Positions 59,830-64,000 of a stretch of DNA of 64,000 nt are shown here, piece by piece. Origin of the DNA: the human T2T-CHM13v2.0 reference genome, Homo sapiens; NCBI RefSeq assembly GCF_009914755.1, contig NC_060945.1; one strand, 5' to 3'. A program made the translations under genes and the position numbers. How positions within the stretch are numbered: position 1 is the stretch's first letter; each line of letters begins with the position of its first letter. The notes beneath the pieces were generated by a model. It was not told the origin of the DNA and searched no databases. It worked only from the letters and a program-made list of their open reading frames with translations.

Positions 59830-61540
59830 CTTCATTCAAGGGGTTATAGGTCTGTAAACTGGTTCAAGTACTGAAATTGATTGACGGGCCATGATTCCCT
59901 GTATTTGTAATTCAGATTAGTCTTTTGTCTACTCGATCTGAAAGTTCTCTGCTTATATAAATTAAGTAAGAATGCAGTAGGCTTCGTATCAATTTAACTT
60001 CTAGGAACACCATGATTAATTAGCCAATGTCAGAGCTCAACATAAGTCACACTATTCTGATTGCGACTTTGCATCTGCTGTCCATTCTGGTAGCTACACC
60101 CACCTTGCCTTTGATGGTTGAGTGCTGCCACCTGGCCCCTGCCACCTCGGGATCTAATTTTTCCCATTGCATTTAAATTTTGCAGTTGAATGGCTGCAGT
60201 TTCCACTGTTAGATCTGGCATATAGAGAAGAGCAATCACAGAGCTCTTCAAAGATGGCAGGTCCACCCTCACAAATCTATTTCACAAAGTATTGGTCAAG
60301 GATATATCTTCTGGACCCTCCCAGCTGGGATGAGTAAGTCTAAAGTGACTAATCCACTCCAGCATCCCAATCTCCCTAAGCCTTTGGATCCCTTTCTTTA
60401 CATTAAACCAAGGAAGATCAGGCATTTCCAGCTCGCTCACAGTGGGCCATCTTTTAATCCACATTTCAGCTAACCAAGCAAATAAACTATTAGAACCTCT
60501 TTTAACTCCCCAAGCTACAACATTAAATGCAGAGTCCCTGTTTAGTGGGCCCAAATCAATAAATTCAGCCTGATCCAACTATGTTTTTTCCACAATTATC
60601 CCACACCCTTAATGTCCATTCCCATGACTGTTGTTCAGATTTCTGTTTATATAAATTAGAAAACTCAAGCAGTTATTTTCAGGTGTAGCACACCCCCTCA
60701 TGGGTCACACTCTCATCCTCACCTCTAAGGGCCTACTGGGACTTTAGACTAGTTATAGGTCTAGAAGCAAACAGGAGTGTTGGGGGTGGCTCCTAAGGAG
60801 AATCAACATTATCTTGCCTGGAAACTGCCTCAGGGGAGGCCATCACTGTTGCCTCAGGCAATGTAGGGTTTATCTCCTCAGACAAAGGTGGAAAGGCTGA
60901 GAGCAGCATGGGTTGGGGAGGGGATGTTGCCACTATTGGAGTTGAGGAAGGTATTTCTTCAGGCAAAAAAAGGTTTATCAGAGTTTACACGCTCAATGTC
61001 CCCAGCTTCATCAGGGTCCTCTCACACATCCCCATTTCAAGTTGCAGGGTACCATTCTTTTCCAATCAAGGCCCTCACTTTAACAGTAGACACCTGGTGA
61101 GGTTGTACATGCACCTTTCACTGCAGGTCAGCCATATACACGATAAGAGCTTGTGTCTGTTTTTCCACAATTTCAGCTCTTTCTCGACAGGAGATAAGAC
61201 TCTCACTCAGGGCTATCTTAGCAGATTTGAGGCTCAGTATCTGCTTCTGAAGCCAGGAGACAGAATCCCTGAGTTCATTATATATTTTCATCATTTTGTC
61301 CACCAAACTTAGGAGCAACCAACAAGCTTCATTATTTTCCTTGGTTCCCCACATATGATCAAAGGTATTAAGTATACAGTTGCTAAGTTCCTTGCCTCTA
61401 ATCACCAATGCATCAGGAATGTCAAATGCATTTATTTTGCATAACTTTCTATACAGTTCATGCCAAGGATTATAAGTGTTCTCCACACTATTAGAAGTAG
61501 AGTCCTTAACATTTTTGGGTCTAATCATATTAAGCAGCCA
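59830..61540 (-). pseudogene. gag: HERV-L gag remnant
   Basis: DQAEFIDLGPLNRDSAFN..KRWPTVSELEMPDLPWF..GIQRLREIGMLEWI and RGGRGQVAALNHQRQGG. Confidence 0.88.
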
Positions 61541-61597
61541 AGTCCAGAAACCCTAAAACCAATGAAAGAACTCCAACCTTAATATTTTGTTCCTCTA

Positions 61598-61615
61598 GAA
61601 CCACTCCTGGTACCA
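61598..61615 (-). other. Primer binding site (tRNA-Leu type)
   Basis: TGGTACCAGGAGTGGTTC a few nt downstream of the 5'LTR on the minus strand. Confidence 0.8.
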
Positions 61616-63309
61616 AAATCTGTATTAGTCAGGGTTCTCTAGAGGGACAGAATGGAATAGATATATCTATATATCTATATCTATAGATATACATAGAGAT
61701 AGAGATAGAGATATATAAAGGGGATTTACTAAGTATTAACTCACAATCATAAGGTCCCACAATACGCCATCTGCAGGCTGAGGAGCAAGGAGAGCCAGTC
61801 CGAGTTCCAAAACTGAAGAACTTGGAGTCCAATGTTGGAGGGCAGGAAGCATCCAGCACAGGAGAAAGATGCAGGCTGGGAGGCTAGGCCAGTTTCTCTT
61901 TTCACATTTTTCTGCCTACATATATTCTAGTCACACTGGCAGGTGATTAGATTGTGCCCATCCAGATTGGGGTTGGGCCTGCCTTTCTCAGTCCACTGAC
62001 TGAAATGTTAATCTCCTTTGGCAACACCCTCACAGACACACCCAGAAATAATACTTTGTATCCTTCAATCCAATCAAGTTGACACTCAATATTAACCATT
62101 ACAATCATTGACACTATAAAGCAGCCACACCATCAAGTCTGCGTAATAACTAGCTAACAACATTATGACAGCAACAAATTCACACATACCAACACCAACC
62201 TTGAATGTAAATGGGCTAAATGCCTCAATTAAAAGGCATAAAGTGGCAAGATGAATAAAGAAGCAGACCCAACTGTATGCTGTCTTCCAGAGACTATTTC
62301 TTATATAATGACACCTGTAGGCTCAAAGTAAAGAGATGGAGAAAAATATACCAAGCAAACAGTAAAAAAAAAAGCAGGGGTTGCTATTCTAATTTCAGAC
62401 AAAACAGTCTTTAAACCAACAACATTCGAAAGAGACAAAGGAAAGAATTACATAAGGGTAAAGGATTGAAGTCAACAAGAAGAGCTAACTGTCCTAAATA
62501 TACATGCATTCAACACAGGAGCACACAGATTATAAAGCAAGTTCTTAGAGACCTTCAAAGAGACTTAGACTCCCACACAATAATAGTGGTAGACTTCTAT
62601 ACCCTACCGACAGTATTAGCCAGACCATTAAGGTAGAAAACTAACAAAGATATTAATTATAAGTGTTGGGACCTGAACTCAACACTTGACCAAATGGGCC
62701 TAATAGAACTCTTCCACCCTAAAACAACAGAATATACATTCTTCTCATTTGCACATGGCACATACTCTAAAATAAACCACACAATCAGAAAACAACTCTC
62801 AGCAAATTCAAAAAATGGAAAATAAAATTACATCAAACACACTCTCAGACCACAGTCCAATGAAAATGGAAATCAATACTAAGAAAATCATATAAAACCA
62901 TGCAATTACATGGAAATTAAACAATCTGCTTCTGAATGACTTTTGGGTAAGCAATGAAATTAAGGCAGAAATCAAGAAATTCTTTGAAACTAATGAGAAC
63001 AAACATACAATATAGCAGAATCTCTGGGACACAGCTAAAGCAGTGTTAAGAGGGAGGTTGACAATGCTAACCACCCACATCAAGAAATTAGAAAGATCTC
63101 AAATTAACAACCTAACATTACATCTAGAGAAGCTAGAGAAACAAGACCGAACCAAACTAGCAGAAGACAAAAAATAATATGTTTTTTAAATACATTGCAG
63201 ATATTATTAGGTAAAATGTATTCAGAATTATTCTCTATATTCCTTTGTTAGAGTGATATATTATTTTATTTGTTGGGCACCTTTGGCAGCTTTTTTACAA
63301 GTTATTTTG

Positions 63310-64000
<691 letters not shown>

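Larger units (their letters stand above)
57906..62103 (-). mobile_element. HERV-L provirus with MLT2 LTRs (5'LTR 61621-62103; 3'LTR remnant 57906-~57990)
   Basis: Both ends share ctagagaaccctgactaa(t/c)aca; TSD accat/atcat; gag, protease and RT remnants lie between. Confidence 0.95.

Overview
Primate (human- or ape-like) genomic DNA that is AT-rich, CpG-poor and repeat-dense; it reads as intergenic or deep intronic. I find no supportable cellular protein-coding gene, CpG island, tRNA/rRNA gene or CRISPR array. Nearly all ORF-track entries are read-throughs of Alu, L1, HERV-L or simple repeats. The main content is about 14 Alu/FLAM copies, several L1s (a full-length decayed L1PB-type at 41.3-49.0 kb and a 5'-inverted, apparently chimeric L1PA at 19.4-22.6 kb), a deleted HERV-L/MLT2 provirus (57.9-62.1 kb), many solo MaLR/ERV LTRs, and ancient MIR/L2/hAT fragments. 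The most interesting structures are: (1) an unexplained ~290-nt polyadenylated, TSD-flanked retro-insert at 3.1-3.75 kb, nested in an AluJ end, at a site whose 15-mer occurs three times; (2) the TSD-less old/young L1 chimera; (3) a template-switch palindrome overwriting the HERV-L RT motif A; (4) two candidate minus-strand exons and an enhancer-like repeat-free block; (5) a 473-bp pure A/T tract and a 319-bp pure-purine tract. I cannot support a claim of a wholly new biological system. Subfamily names come from recalled consensus sequences and need RepeatMasker/Dfam confirmation, and boundaries of ancient repeats are approximate.
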